DNA of 64,000 nucleotides from an uncultured delta proteobacterium (GCA_963808625.1 CAWEHK010000051.1:64001-128000); one strand, 5' to 3'. Positions 34,049 through 44,516 are shown, counted from the stretch's first letter. Translations and numbers: made by a program. The notes: generated by a model not told the origin, from the letters alone.

Positions 34049-35212
34049 ATGGAAGAAACGATCGCCAAACTGCATGACGCCCTCAACAGTGCGAAGCAGA
34101 TCCAGGAAGAGCTGGACAGGCGTGTGTTTCATCTTCAAACCCTCTCCGATCTCAACGCCGAATTAAGCGCCAGCATTCGGACCGAGGAACTTCTCGGATC
34201 ATTCCTCCTGGTGACCATGGGTGCCCTGGGAGTCAGACAGGGATTTGCTCTCGTCTATGATCGGCAGACAAAAGGGGTGAGAACTGTCGCTCGAGGACTG
34301 GAACCGGCAGAAGAGCTCTCCGCTGATGTTGTTGAAAGGCTGCTCTATAAGGCCTTCGAGGGGGCGGAAAAGAGAAGCCTTGCCCCGATGAGCGTCAGCC
34401 GCATCACCGTCCCTCCGGCGGCTCTGGCGGAAGCGAGAATCCGCCTTGAGGCCAGCGCCGGGGTGCTCTACGTCATTGACCAGCGATCGCTGGGAATGAT
34501 GCTCATGGGACCGACACTCACCGGTGGGACGCTGCCTCCCGAGGGAGGAGAGCTGCTCTTCGCTCATACGGCCAGTTTTATGCTCTTCCTGAAGAATGCC
34601 CGTTCCTTCGAGACCATCCAGGCCCTCAACGATGACTTGATGCGGCGAAATGAAGAGCTGAAAAAAACCATTGCCGAACTGACGGAAGCAAGATACTCGA
34701 TTGCCATGTTTGAGGTCGCCAGAGCTCGCGTCAGGTCTCTCGTCCAGCGAGAACTGCAGCGCGTTGGGCGGGTGAATCTCCTGGATCTGGGCTTGCTGTT
34801 TCTTTTGGCAACGGTACTGGGGGTACTTTTCAATTTTGCCAGCCCCCAAGGTGTACCCCTCTTTCCCGAAACTCTCTTCCGGCCATCTTCCCCGCAGATC
34901 GATGTGGTGACGGCAAAGGGCCTTTTGGACGCGGGCAAGGCCGTCCTGGTGGACGCAAGACCCCAGGAGCTTTTTGTTCAGAAGCATATTAAGGGCGCGA
35001 TCAATGTGCCCTCGGCCCTCTTTGATATCGTTCACATGATGAAGCTGGGTAACCTGGAAGACGAAGAACTAATCATCGTTTATGGGAGAACCATCAGCAA
35101 GCGGTACGATGAAGAGGTTGCCCACAGACTCAGGCAGCGCGACCATGAAAACGTTAAGGTCCTCGCGGGTGGTCTCGGTGCCTGGGAGTCCTCTAATTAT
35201 CAGGTTGAGTGA
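34049..35212 (+). CDS. GAF-like + coiled coil + TM + rhodanese-like domain protein
   Basis: C-terminal VLVDARP...HIKGAINVP...VLAGGLGAW; N-terminal GAF-like segment; one TM helix. Confidence 0.75.
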   Translation: MEETIAKLHDALNSAKQIQEELDRRVFHLQTLSDLNAELSASIRTEELLGSFLLVTMGALGVRQGFALVYDRQTKGVRTVARGLEPAEELSADVVERLLYKAFEGAEKRSLAPMSVSRITVPPAALAEARIRLEASAGVLYVIDQRSLGMMLMGPTLTGGTLPPEGGELLFAHTASFMLFLKNARSFETIQALNDDLMRRNEELKKTIAELTEARYSIAMFEVARARVRSLVQRELQRVGRVNLLDLGLLFLLATVLGVLFNFASPQGVPLFPETLFRPSSPQIDVVTAKGLLDAGKAVLVDARPQELFVQKHIKGAINVPSALFDIVHMMKLGNLEDEELIIVYGRTISKRYDEEVAHRLRQRDHENVKVLAGGLGAWESSNYQVE

Positions 35213-35691
35213 TGCAGATTTGGGAGTCCACGAAAAGGGTTTTAACTCACAAGTATCTTGCTCTGGCATTTCGACTCTATATTGGCGGGATATTCGTCTA
35301 CGCCAGCATGAACAAAATCAGTTTTACCGCTGAGTTCTCTGAAACCATCGCGAGCTACCAACTGGTCCCTTTCTGGTCGGTCAACCTTCTCGCCATTATC
35401 ATGCCATGGGCCGAACTGATCTGCGGAATCCTGCTCATAACCGGAATCAGATCCAAGTCGGCCACGGTTGCCCTCAGCATCATGCTCACCGTCTTCAGTG
35501 TGGCTATTTCTCTCAGTCTCCTTAGGGACATCCCCATCGGCTGCGGTTGCTTCAGCAGTGTCGAGGAAACGATGAGTTGGACAACGCTGCTGCGGGACCT
35601 CGTTTGGCTGGTCATGTGCGCCCATATCTACTGTTTCGATTCAGCTCTGCAGCTGGATAGGAGATTCCCTACATCGCTAAAGGACCTATGA
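35209..35691 (+). CDS. DoxX/MauE family membrane protein
   Basis: RLYIGGIFVYASMNKI, PWAELICG, IGCGCF, RD motif. Confidence 0.88.
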   Translation: MMQIWESTKRVLTHKYLALAFRLYIGGIFVYASMNKISFTAEFSETIASYQLVPFWSVNLLAIIMPWAELICGILLITGIRSKSATVALSIMLTVFSVAISLSLLRDIPIGCGCFSSVEETMSWTTLLRDLVWLVMCAHIYCFDSALQLDRRFPTSLKDL

Positions 35692-36023
35692 TGATGCGAA
35701 AGTGGTGGATTGGTGCCACGGTTCTGCTTTGTTTTGTGCTCGCCGTCTCATCCTGCCAGAGGAACCAGGATTTTTCCGGAAAATACGAGGTGCTCGATCC
35801 GGCCGGGGACCCTTCTTCGGTGTTGCTGTTGAAGCCCGATGGCAGGGGCTCATGGAATGTTTCCCATGAGAATGTCTCTTTCAGCTGGGAATCCAGAGGA
35901 GATGAAATTCTGCTGCATATGAAAACCGGCGGGGTAATGGTCGGGAAAATCGGAGCCAGGGATTCCATCGTCATCACCTTGCCAGGGGGGGAGGAGTTTC
36001 ACTTCAAGCGAGTGCCGGAATAG
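35688..36023 (+). CDS. Hypothetical lipoprotein
   Basis: Signal peptide ending AVSSC; overlaps the DoxX gene stop. Confidence 0.65.
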   Translation: MMMRKWWIGATVLLCFVLAVSSCQRNQDFSGKYEVLDPAGDPSSVLLLKPDGRGSWNVSHENVSFSWESRGDEILLHMKTGGVMVGKIGARDSIVITLPGGEEFHFKRVPE

Positions 36024-36219
36024 AGACTCAAATGATGAAACACTTCCCTGGTGAGCCACCATCGCTCGATGAGACACCCACATCCACAATCCGAAATCCG
36101 GTGACACACCATTGGTCGAAGAAACTGGTAGTTTTCCGGAAAGTGGGGTATGCTGTCGGCAACTGTCTGGAAAATGGGAGCTATGCTAATTTCTTTCGCT
36201 CTGCCTGGCCGCTTCAAGC

Positions 36220-36863
36220 TTGGGATATGATGGATTAGAATTAGTGGATGTTGGAAAAACTATCGCACCGTCGGATCTGGCATTTGACATTGACGGGGTT
36301 GTGGCTGACACGATGGCCGTCTTCGTGAGACTCGCGCGCGAGCACTACGGCTTAACCTGGTTGACCAAAGACGACTTGCGACGGTATGATCTGGGTGCGT
36401 GTTTGAAGATCGACCGCAAGGTGCTGAACGAGCTGATCTGCATGACCCTGGACGACGAACACACCCAGCAGGTTCCACCGATGCATGGAGCCGCAGAGGT
36501 GCTCACCGAGCTTGCTCGCCACGGACCTTTGCGCTTCGTGACCGCACGCATCTGGCCGGAATCGATCGTGCGGTGGCTCCGTCAGACCTTGCCTGACGTT
36601 GACGCCACCGGATTGAGGTATTCGCAACGGGGCTTCCTGAAGCCAAATGCGATGTCCTGAAAGAGCTGAAGATACGTTATTTTGTGGAAGACCGGTTCGA
36701 GACTTGTGAACTCCTGTCCCAAAACGGCATCCAGCCTTTGCTTTTTGACCAACCATGGAATCGTGTGCCGGAGGCGGTAGCATTCCCAAGAATTGAAAAC
36801 TGGTCTCAGCTTCAGGAGAGGATTTCATTTCCTGACAGACCACAGAGTCCGGCTGGTCTTTAG
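36220..36863 (+). CDS. HAD-superfamily 5'(3')-nucleotidase-like protein; frameshift near 36620-36650
   Basis: AFDIDGVVADT, FVTAR, then FVEDR...FDQPWN in the shifted frame. Confidence 0.8.
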
Positions 36864-36946
36864 AATAAAGAGGGCTCCCGAACGTCATTTCCGCAGGTTT
36901 TTGGCGGGAATCCACGATTTTTTGATTGCGCATTTGATTGGTTGCC

Positions 36947-37609
36947 ATGAAGCCGAATGAATCACCACCAATTCAGATCAAGGCCACTCGCGAGGGATTT
37001 ACCCTGGTTCCCGATCCGGCAGCGCCGTTCGATGCCGTGTTCGCCTATCTGGAGCAGCGTTTGAGCGAATCCAGGGACTTTTTCCGGTACGCTGAGATGA
37101 CCCTCGATCTCCGGGAGAGGCCACTTTCCACTGATGAAATTGCCAAACTGCATGGCTTGCTGGTTGCCAGGGGGCGAGTCCGGTTAGTGGAAGTGAGGTT
37201 GGGAGAGGACTTTGTCCTGGTGTTGGACCGCCCATCCGACCGGCGGGCGCCGCCGCCCAGGGTAGCTCCTCCCCCGGCTTCGGACGCTTCGGCCCTGGTG
37301 ATAAGAAATACCTGTCGCTCGGGAACTCGGATTGTGTCCCAAGCGGACTGCGTGATTCTGGGAGACGTCAATCCCGGGGCGGAAGTGATTGCCGTCGGTG
37401 ACGTCATCATCTTTGGCAATCTTCGGGGCGTCGCCCATGCGGGAGCTGCGGGTGACCGTTCCGCCCGCATCTGGGCACTCAGCATCGAACCCAGTCAGAT
37501 CAGAATTGCCGACATTGTTGCCGTTCCTCCCCGCGGCAACAAACCGACCCCAAAACGTTTTGAGATCGCAGAAATCCAGGAAAACCTCATTGAGGTCATC
37601 ACGGTCTAG
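36947..37609 (+). CDS. minC: Septum site-determining protein MinC
   Basis: RSG...GDVNPGAEVIAVGDVIIFGNLRGVAHAGAAG. Confidence 0.93.
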   Translation: MKPNESPPIQIKATREGFTLVPDPAAPFDAVFAYLEQRLSESRDFFRYAEMTLDLRERPLSTDEIAKLHGLLVARGRVRLVEVRLGEDFVLVLDRPSDRRAPPPRVAPPPASDASALVIRNTCRSGTRIVSQADCVILGDVNPGAEVIAVGDVIIFGNLRGVAHAGAAGDRSARIWALSIEPSQIRIADIVAVPPRGNKPTPKRFEIAEIQENLIEVITV

Positions 37610-37670
37610 AGCAGGAGGGATCCTGATTGAACTATGAACCTTTCACCTTGAGAGATGGATGGGATGAACC

Positions 37671-38462
37671 ATGGCCGGAAAAACCATTGTTGTAACCTCG
37701 GGTAAAGGCGGGGTGGGAAAGACCACTACGGTCGCCAATATCGGAACGGTATTAGCAAAAAAGAAGTACAGTGTGGTTATGATTGATGCGGACATCGGGT
37801 TGCGGAACCTGGATGTGGTGATGGGCCTGGAAAACCGCATCGTCTACAACCTGGTGGACATTATCGAAGGCAAATGCCGCAAGCAGCAGGCGATGATCCG
37901 GGACCGCAAGTTGCACAATCTTTATATCATTCCGGCGGCTCAAACACGCGAGAAGAGTGCCGTGAAGCCTGAGCAGATGAAGGACCTGTGTGCGGAACTG
38001 GCAGAAGAATTCGATTACGTCTTTATCGACTGTCCTGCAGGAATCGAGCAGGGTTTCAAGAATGCCGTAGCCGGAGCGCAAACGGCCATCGTGGTAACCA
38101 CTCCTGAAGTTTCCGCCATTCGCGACGCCGACCGCGTAATCGGATTGCTCGAAGCAGGCTTGTTGAATGATGTTCATCTCATCATCAACCGTCTGAACCA
38201 CCGCATGGTGAAAAAGGGCGACATGATGTCCACTGAGGATATCATCTCGCTTCTTGCAGTGCCCCTCCTGGGAGTCGTGCCGGAAAGTGAGGAAGTCGTA
38301 ATTTCGACAAACCGTGGTACGCCCCTGGTTCACGATCGAGGCAGCAAAGCAGGAGTTGCTTTCCAGCAAATAGCAGCGCGTTTGAATGGGGAAGATATCG
38401 CTCTCGACATGGAACAGAAAGTGACGATTATGGACCGCGTCAAGCGATTCATCTGGAGCTAG
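37671..38462 (+). CDS. minD: Septum site-determining protein MinD
   Basis: TSGKGGVGKTT, DIGLRNLD, DCPAGIEQGF. Confidence 0.97.
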   Translation: MAGKTIVVTSGKGGVGKTTTVANIGTVLAKKKYSVVMIDADIGLRNLDVVMGLENRIVYNLVDIIEGKCRKQQAMIRDRKLHNLYIIPAAQTREKSAVKPEQMKDLCAELAEEFDYVFIDCPAGIEQGFKNAVAGAQTAIVVTTPEVSAIRDADRVIGLLEAGLLNDVHLIINRLNHRMVKKGDMMSTEDIISLLAVPLLGVVPESEEVVISTNRGTPLVHDRGSKAGVAFQQIAARLNGEDIALDMEQKVTIMDRVKRFIWS

Positions 38463-38478
38463 GAAGGAGACTTATCTC

Positions 38479-38751
38479 ATGCTGAAAGCAATGATCCGTC
38501 GATTCTTTGGAGAGAAGGCAAGCTCCCAGGTGGCCCGGCAGCGCATGCAGGTGGTGCTCATGCATGACCGGATGGATATCGCACCGGACATAATGGAAGC
38601 ACTTAAAAATGATATTATAACAGTGTTGTCTCGCTATATGGAAATTGATCGAAAAACCATACATGTCGACCTGGAGCAGGGGAAAAACTACACCGCTCTC
38701 ATCTCCAACGTTCAGATCAAGCGGGTTTACCGGCATAGCATGTCAACCTGA
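38479..38751 (+). CDS. minE: Cell division topological specificity factor MinE
   Basis: SSQVARQRMQVVLMHDR...VLSRYMEID. Confidence 0.93.
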   Translation: MLKAMIRRFFGEKASSQVARQRMQVVLMHDRMDIAPDIMEALKNDIITVLSRYMEIDRKTIHVDLEQGKNYTALISNVQIKRVYRHSMST

Positions 38752-38835
38752 AAGCGGAGTTCGGTCAATGCCCCTGGGGCGGTTACTGATTCTTCCGGCG
38801 AGACGCTCGAAATCCGAAATTTGAGAGGTTAACCA

Positions 38836-39075
38836 ATGGCGTTGACAATCCTTCTGGCGGCAACTCTTAGAAAATATGTTCATGGCTATGATGCCGCAAC
38901 CGGACATGCCATGGCCCTCGATCATGGCACCACCGTGCGGGACGTGGCCCAGCGCTTACTTATTCCCGAAGAGGAAGTGAGACTGGTCATGGTGAACGGC
39001 GTCCACGCAGATTGGGACACCGTCCTCAACGGCGATGAACGCCTTGCCCTTTTCCCGCCGGTAGGTGGCGGCTGA
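38836..39075 (+). CDS. MoaD/ThiS family sulfur carrier
   Basis: VMVNG...LNGDERLALFPPVGGG with C-terminal GG. Confidence 0.88.
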   Translation: MALTILLAATLRKYVHGYDAATGHAMALDHGTTVRDVAQRLLIPEEEVRLVMVNGVHADWDTVLNGDERLALFPPVGGG

Positions 39076-39098
39076 AATCTCGATCCGCTATCCGCAAT

Positions 39099-39326
39099 CT
39101 ATTCGCCCACTAATTGTCGCGCTTTTTCAATCGCCTCCACGAGGTCCGGAAAAAGATCCAGCGAGACGGTTATCCCTTTTTTGGAAGGATGATATTCTCC
39201 GTCATCTCCCTTGTAATAAACCCTGAGATCGATGTACTGTTTCTTCTTGAACACGGTTAGAGAAACTCTAATCTCCTCAAGGGGATTTTTCGGAAACGCG
39301 TGGATAAGTTGAGGGGTATCACTCAT
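39099..39326 (-). CDS. PC4/YdbC family ssDNA-binding protein
   Basis: EEIRVSLTVFKKKQYIDLRVYY...PSKKGITV. Confidence 0.88.
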   Translation of the reverse strand: MSDTPQLIHAFPKNPLEEIRVSLTVFKKKQYIDLRVYYKGDDGEYHPSKKGITVSLDLFPDLVEAIEKARQLVGE

Positions 39327-39746
39327 AATCGGGTCCTTTGTTGATCTCGTCTTCAAATACACCAGGCCGCGCAGGTCCTCGTTCCGAAAGGGGAAATATG
39401 TGGTCCCTCCCCGGGACGTGCGACCCGCGTTGCGCTTCCATCATGGCACGCTCCCCCTGTAGCAAATACCTGCGGCTGCATCAAGCTCTTTTTCCCCAAG
39501 CGCCTCCTAACTCACGGGCGATCTTCCCGGACGGTCCGGCCTTTGCTGCCCACCCATGACACAATCCTCGGAAGCTCTTGATGTTTTAGACATCCTTCTT
39601 GATCCCGATCCTGAAAAATGCTTTACTTTTCTTGAAGATGAGGGATTGGCCAGGCGTTTGGGCCTGCCGCATTATCCCCCAAAGGTCCGGTCGCATGAGC
39701 CTGATTCGGCGACTGATCAGAGACCGTTAACCACCTTGGATAGCCA

Positions 39747-40361
39747 ATGGAAGAGAAGATCAGGACCCTTGGCATTTTGTTCGCGAAGCACTTCAGCGCC
39801 CAGCTCGACACGGTCCGGCTGCGGACCGGGAGAACTACCGAGCGCATCAAAATCAACCACCCGGAAGCGGCAGCCGTGGTCCCTTTTGTGGATGAGCAGC
39901 GCATCCTCATGGTTCGCCAATGGCGCTATGCCATCGACCGGGAGACCCTTGAGATCCCCGCCGGGAAAGCGGACCCGGGTGAAGCGCTCGAGGTGTGCGC
40001 GGTTCGGGAGTTGAAAGAGGAGACGGGCTATGGCGCTGAACGCCTGCTCCACCTTTTCAGCTACTACCCCGCTATCGGATACTCTGACGAAATGATCAGG
40101 ATCTATGCCGCATCCGGTTTGGTGAGCCTGCCCACAGAGCGGGAAGTGGACGAGATTTCCAGAGTGGAAGTGGTGCCCTTGAATCGGGTCCAGGATCTCA
40201 TCCTGGAGGGTGCGATCGCAGATGGGAAGACGGTGATCGGCATCTCGCTTTTTTTGGCCAAGCAACAGCGAGGAGAAATTCCCACGGACTTTTTCAAACA
40301 GTCTCCATCCGGATCACCTCCTCTCTCCTCTTCCCGCCTGGAAAGGACTGGCGGAGAATAA
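39747..40361 (+). CDS. NUDIX hydrolase (ADP-ribose pyrophosphatase-like)
   Basis: EIPAGKADPGE...AVRELKEETG Nudix box; VRQWRY; IADGKT. Confidence 0.9.
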   Translation: MEEKIRTLGILFAKHFSAQLDTVRLRTGRTTERIKINHPEAAAVVPFVDEQRILMVRQWRYAIDRETLEIPAGKADPGEALEVCAVRELKEETGYGAERLLHLFSYYPAIGYSDEMIRIYAASGLVSLPTEREVDEISRVEVVPLNRVQDLILEGAIADGKTVIGISLFLAKQQRGEIPTDFFKQSPSGSPPLSSSRLERTGGE

Positions 40362-40425
40362 ATATTGATCGGAAAAGATTGTACTCGCTCCCCTGCCCAG
40401 TCCCGTCAGGCGGGAGGGGCAAGGA

Positions 40426-40941
40426 ATGCCCTCAACACCTCCGGATGGGCAGTGGTCAAAGGCGTCGCTCATGAGGAAGGTCCCCATCACCCGCTGCGGG
40501 CATCATCGACTGATTAAGGAATTGGCTTACCTGCGACGCGTGGTGCGACCCGAAGTCCTTGAAGAATTGCGCGAAGCCAGGGCCTTCGGCGTCAAAGTTG
40601 AGAATCAACAGTACCTGCTCGCTCGCGAACGGCATGTGGTCCTTGAGAAAAAGATTCGCGACCTGGAGGAAATGCTGGCTCAGTGCGAAATATTCGCAGG
40701 GCGGAAATTCATCTTCAAGCAGGTTGGTTTTGGGACCACGACGCTGATCCAAAATGCCGAGACGGGGGAAAAATGCCAATTCCAATTGGTGGGTCCCTAT
40801 GAATCGGATATCAGTAGCGGAAGGCTCTCTATCGAATCACCGTTGGGACGCTGCCTGATAGGGCGTTGCGAGGGGGAGGAAGTAACTGTCTACACGCCGG
40901 CAGGCATTCGCTTCTACCGCATTCTGGCAATCGTGTTCTAG
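40426..40941 (+). CDS. GreA/GreB family elongation factor, atypical tip
   Basis: PITRCG...LRRVVRP...EARAFG...EN, VGFGT, SIESPLGRCLIG. Confidence 0.82.
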   Translation: MPSTPPDGQWSKASLMRKVPITRCGHHRLIKELAYLRRVVRPEVLEELREARAFGVKVENQQYLLARERHVVLEKKIRDLEEMLAQCEIFAGRKFIFKQVGFGTTTLIQNAETGEKCQFQLVGPYESDISSGRLSIESPLGRCLIGRCEGEEVTVYTPAGIRFYRILAIVF

Positions 40942-41079
40942 CGCGAGGAAACCCACCATAATTTGTCACCCGCAGAAGTCCCAAGACTGAGCCGTACGCT
41001 GATCACAAGAAGAGCTTCGACCTCCATGAGGTTATCTGAAAAATGCGTAAACACGACTCCGAATGAGAACAATATTCCG

Positions 41080-41213
41080 GAAACTATCTCAAAACTAACT
41101 CATATCGTCACCCCGGCGGAAACCGGGGTCCAGAACCCCACGGAAAACCTGGATTCCGGCTTTCGCTGGAGGAATGACGATTGAGAGCGTCCTGACGATT
41201 TTGAGATAGTTTC
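41080..41213. repeat. REP/MITE-like palindromic element, copy 2
   Basis: GTCACCCCGGCGGAAACCGGGGTCCAG...CTGGATTCCGGCTTTCGCTGGAGGAATGAC inside a perfect 15-bp outer IR GAAACTATCTCAAAA/TTTTGAGATAGTTTC. Confidence 0.72.
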
Positions 41214-41387
41214 TTGGTCATCCTGCGGCACCGTAATCGTCCTTTATTGTGACCTTCGGCACTGTGGGGGTTATATGGGATGCGGCGAGCGATGTCTGTC
41301 CTGAAAGCAAAAGCCCGCTTGTAACGGGCCTTTGTTGTGCTATCCCGCGAGACTGGGTAAGCCGCCGGGACAAACTGGGTTTTGCCA

Positions 41388-41463
41388 TGGTGGCGGGGCC
41401 CAGAATTGAACTGGGGACACGAGGATTTTCAGTCCACTGCTCTACCGACTGAGCTACCCCGCC
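41388..41463 (-). tRNA. tRNA-Phe(GAA)
   Basis: GGCGGGGTAGCTCAGTCGGTAGAGCAGTGGACTGAAAATCCTCGTGTCCCCAGTTCAATTCTGGGCCCCGCCACCA. Confidence 0.97.
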
Positions 41464-41634
41464 ACAATCAGCGGGTTTCTTACTAATGGATTGGCAGGGG
41501 AAGTGTCAAGAACTTTTTTTGGCCCAGATGTTGCCAACCCATGAGAAGTTCTTTAGACTGGCAGGAGACTTTCGGTGGCCAGGTAGGAATTGAAGACGGT
41601 TTATTCCCCGAAGCAACAGAGGAGAAAGCAGCAG

Positions 41635-44451
41635 ATGTCCCATGTGATTTTTCGCTTCGTCCTGCTGGCGCTGATCTCATTGAGCGGCTTGATCCAGACC
41701 GGCATCGCAAACGCCTCTAACGCTGCAGCCCAAGAGTCGCGTGTTCCTTCAGGAGATGAAGTTCCTCCCACGGTAACCAGGTTGTCTCCCCTTGCCATCG
41801 CTGCCATACCACCGGCAGGTCAGCATCTGGTGCGGCCCCGCGAAGGGGTCATCGAGCGCGGACTGCGCAAACAAGGGAAAATCGTCCCCGGTATGACTCC
41901 CGACCAAATCCGCTCCGCGGTGAAGGATTATTATGATCGTTTTTCCAAGGAGTCGAGCACCTGGGTCTCGCCGGAAATTCAGGAACGGGCTCTGCAACGG
42001 CAGGCGGAATTAGGGCATGCCCAACGGTCAGGAATGAGTCGCGAGGCCCTTCCTGCGTCCTTGGCGGTCCAGCCTGTTACTGCAGCCATCCTGGCACTCG
42101 CCGTGGATTTTGGCGGGACCGATAAGTTCAACTATTGGGCAACGTCAGGAAAAGTGTGCGCCAAGACGTCGGTGACTACCTCCGGTCCCTCACGGGGCCT
42201 GATTCCTCATCCCGGGCCACGCGATAACAACACCATCTGGTATGCTCCTGCGACTACTGCTAACGCCAAATTCTACGAAAAGCTCATCTTCGGTTATGAG
42301 GGTGTCGGCCGGGTGCGCCGCGATCTCCGCGACCCCGTCGATGGCAAACGCGGGATCAACCTCTCCGGCTATACCGTCCAGGACTATTACGACCATATGG
42401 CCGGCAAGGGGAATGTCCTTTTGACCGGAAGGGTGGAAGGCTGGGTCACCGTCGACCACAGCGAAGGCTACTATGGCGCGCCCTATTGCGAGCAAAAACA
42501 TGATGGCGGAGGGCTCGACCCCACCGGGCAGCTCGTCCCCACCGGGCAGCTCGTTGTGGACGCCCTGGACAAGTTCATGGCGGCCCACCTGGACTATTAC
42601 TTTGACACCAGCCCCACTGCTTTCTGGAAACAGTTCGACGCCAATCAGGATGGTGTTGTGGATTCTCTGTGGATCATTCACGCCGGCGTTGGTCAGGAAA
42701 GCGGAGGGGGAGCGCAAGGAGATTTTGCCATCTGGAGTCAGAGCTATGATTTGCGTAAATACACCGCTTATCCTCAGTGGAAGAATGGATACAAGGTCTA
42801 CGAGGGCGATCCCGATACCACCGCCGACGACATCGTTGTCGGTCCCTATACCATGCAGCCGGAAAACACCGATTTGGGAGCGCTGGTTGAAGAATTTGGC
42901 CATAACTTCTTCGGGCTGCCGGATCTTTACACGATCGATGTGGAGAACTCCGTCGGTTTCTGGAGTATCATGGCCGCCGGGACATACGGTGGTTGGCTGG
43001 GAGGCGCTACTCCCGTGGGCATGCCGCTCTGGTTTCGCATGATCGCTCAATGCGGCGACCAACCCTGTAACTGGCAGGAGCCCATGCTCTCGCTCCCATA
43101 CAATAGTTCCGCCAGAAAGGTTTCCATCGGGCAGCTTGAGAGCACTCCCGAAGGCGTCTACAAGGGTATCAAGATCGATCTCCCCGATGATGTGGATCCT
43201 GGGCTGGTGAAGAACCTGGCAGGGACTGGTAAGGGAGCTCACAGTGGCTCAGGCCGGAACAACATCGATATTACCCTCGACCGAAAAATCTGTATCTCCA
43301 AGAAAGCCGGCGCCCGCCTATCCTTTGATGCTTTCTGGGATCTCGAAGAGGATCGTGACTACGGGTATGTGATGGTGCATGACGGCACGGACTGGATATT
43401 CCTCGATGACAATGACACTGTCATGCGAAAGACCAACCCGTACGGGAACAATCTTGCTCAGGGACTAACCGGTTCCGGCAACCAGAAACTGCGCTTCAAC
43501 CTCGCCGCCTACCGAGGCAAGACCATCACGCTCCGTCTGCGATACAAAACCGATGCCTCCAAGACCGGACCCGGATGGTGGGTGGATAACCTCAGATTGG
43601 ATGGCAAATCCCTTGATCAGTTTGAAGAGGCCGTGCCACCTTCCGCCTTTTCCGGGTGGCTTAATTCCACCCCGGGCTGGCGCGTCGTTCCCCAGTACCA
43701 GTCCTATGCCAATTACTATTTGATCGAGTGGCGGACGAACACCCGCTATGATCGTATGGTGAAAACGGCCTATGTCAAGAATATCGACGACGGGTACGAA
43801 TGGCAGGTCGAGCGCATACCCTACAATATTCCCGGGGCGGTCCTCTATTACGCCAATATGCGTTATTGCGTCTCCGATTATCGCGGGACATCCTATCTGG
43901 AGAGCAACCTGTCTGACGCTCCCAGCATCGGCCCCAAGCACCCCTTGCTGGTTGTAGACATGAATTATGGACCTCTTCGACGCGACGACAACGGATCTGT
44001 TTTCGACGCCCGTATCGCCAGCTACGATGCCGCGCTGACGCTTCAGCCCACAAAGGCCTTCACCATTACCCAGATCGACCTGGGAGAAAGTATACTCGAA
44101 GGTCCGTGGCATTTCCCATCGAAGCCCGCGATCAGGAAATTCGACGATGCCAAAGGCTATTATGCCGGTCTTTATGCCGGAACGCCATGCAGCGAGTCTT
44201 ACTGTCTTGCCAATGAAGGCGGCAGTGCCGTGATTCCGGCATTGGGCAAATACACTACCAGGATCACCCACTACGATGGCACTCCTTTTCCCGAGTTGTA
44301 TGGCAAAACCGTCGAGTTGAATGGGACAAAATACCCAGGACTTAAATTGGGCAGCGGTAACCCTGGGGATAGCAAGCTCCAGTGCGGCGTGACGATCAAA
44401 CTTCTCAGTTCCGACGGCCCTACGGCAAAACTCAGCATCAACAGCCAGTAG
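41635..44451 (+). CDS. Secreted M6 family (immune inhibitor A-like) metalloprotease
   Basis: Signal peptide; DNNTIW, IIHAGVGQE.GGG, YTMQPE, EEFGHNFFGLPDLY, WSIMAAG, DYGYV and YYLIEWR motifs. Confidence 0.88.
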   Translation: MSHVIFRFVLLALISLSGLIQTGIANASNAAAQESRVPSGDEVPPTVTRLSPLAIAAIPPAGQHLVRPREGVIERGLRKQGKIVPGMTPDQIRSAVKDYYDRFSKESSTWVSPEIQERALQRQAELGHAQRSGMSREALPASLAVQPVTAAILALAVDFGGTDKFNYWATSGKVCAKTSVTTSGPSRGLIPHPGPRDNNTIWYAPATTANAKFYEKLIFGYEGVGRVRRDLRDPVDGKRGINLSGYTVQDYYDHMAGKGNVLLTGRVEGWVTVDHSEGYYGAPYCEQKHDGGGLDPTGQLVPTGQLVVDALDKFMAAHLDYYFDTSPTAFWKQFDANQDGVVDSLWIIHAGVGQESGGGAQGDFAIWSQSYDLRKYTAYPQWKNGYKVYEGDPDTTADDIVVGPYTMQPENTDLGALVEEFGHNFFGLPDLYTIDVENSVGFWSIMAAGTYGGWLGGATPVGMPLWFRMIAQCGDQPCNWQEPMLSLPYNSSARKVSIGQLESTPEGVYKGIKIDLPDDVDPGLVKNLAGTGKGAHSGSGRNNIDITLDRKICISKKAGARLSFDAFWDLEEDRDYGYVMVHDGTDWIFLDDNDTVMRKTNPYGNNLAQGLTGSGNQKLRFNLAAYRGKTITLRLRYKTDASKTGPGWWVDNLRLDGKSLDQFEEAVPPSAFSGWLNSTPGWRVVPQYQSYANYYLIEWRTNTRYDRMVKTAYVKNIDDGYEWQVERIPYNIPGAVLYYANMRYCVSDYRGTSYLESNLSDAPSIGPKHPLLVVDMNYGPLRRDDNGSVFDARIASYDAALTLQPTKAFTITQIDLGESILEGPWHFPSKPAIRKFDDAKGYYAGLYAGTPCSESYCLANEGGSAVIPALGKYTTRITHYDGTPFPELYGKTVELNGTKYPGLKLGSGNPGDSKLQCGVTIKLLSSDGPTAKLSINSQ

Positions 44452-44516
44452 AGCTCATCGCCACACCTTCGAGAAATGCGAGGCTCTCCACCCTGCTCCC
44501 GTCGAACATGCGCCTT

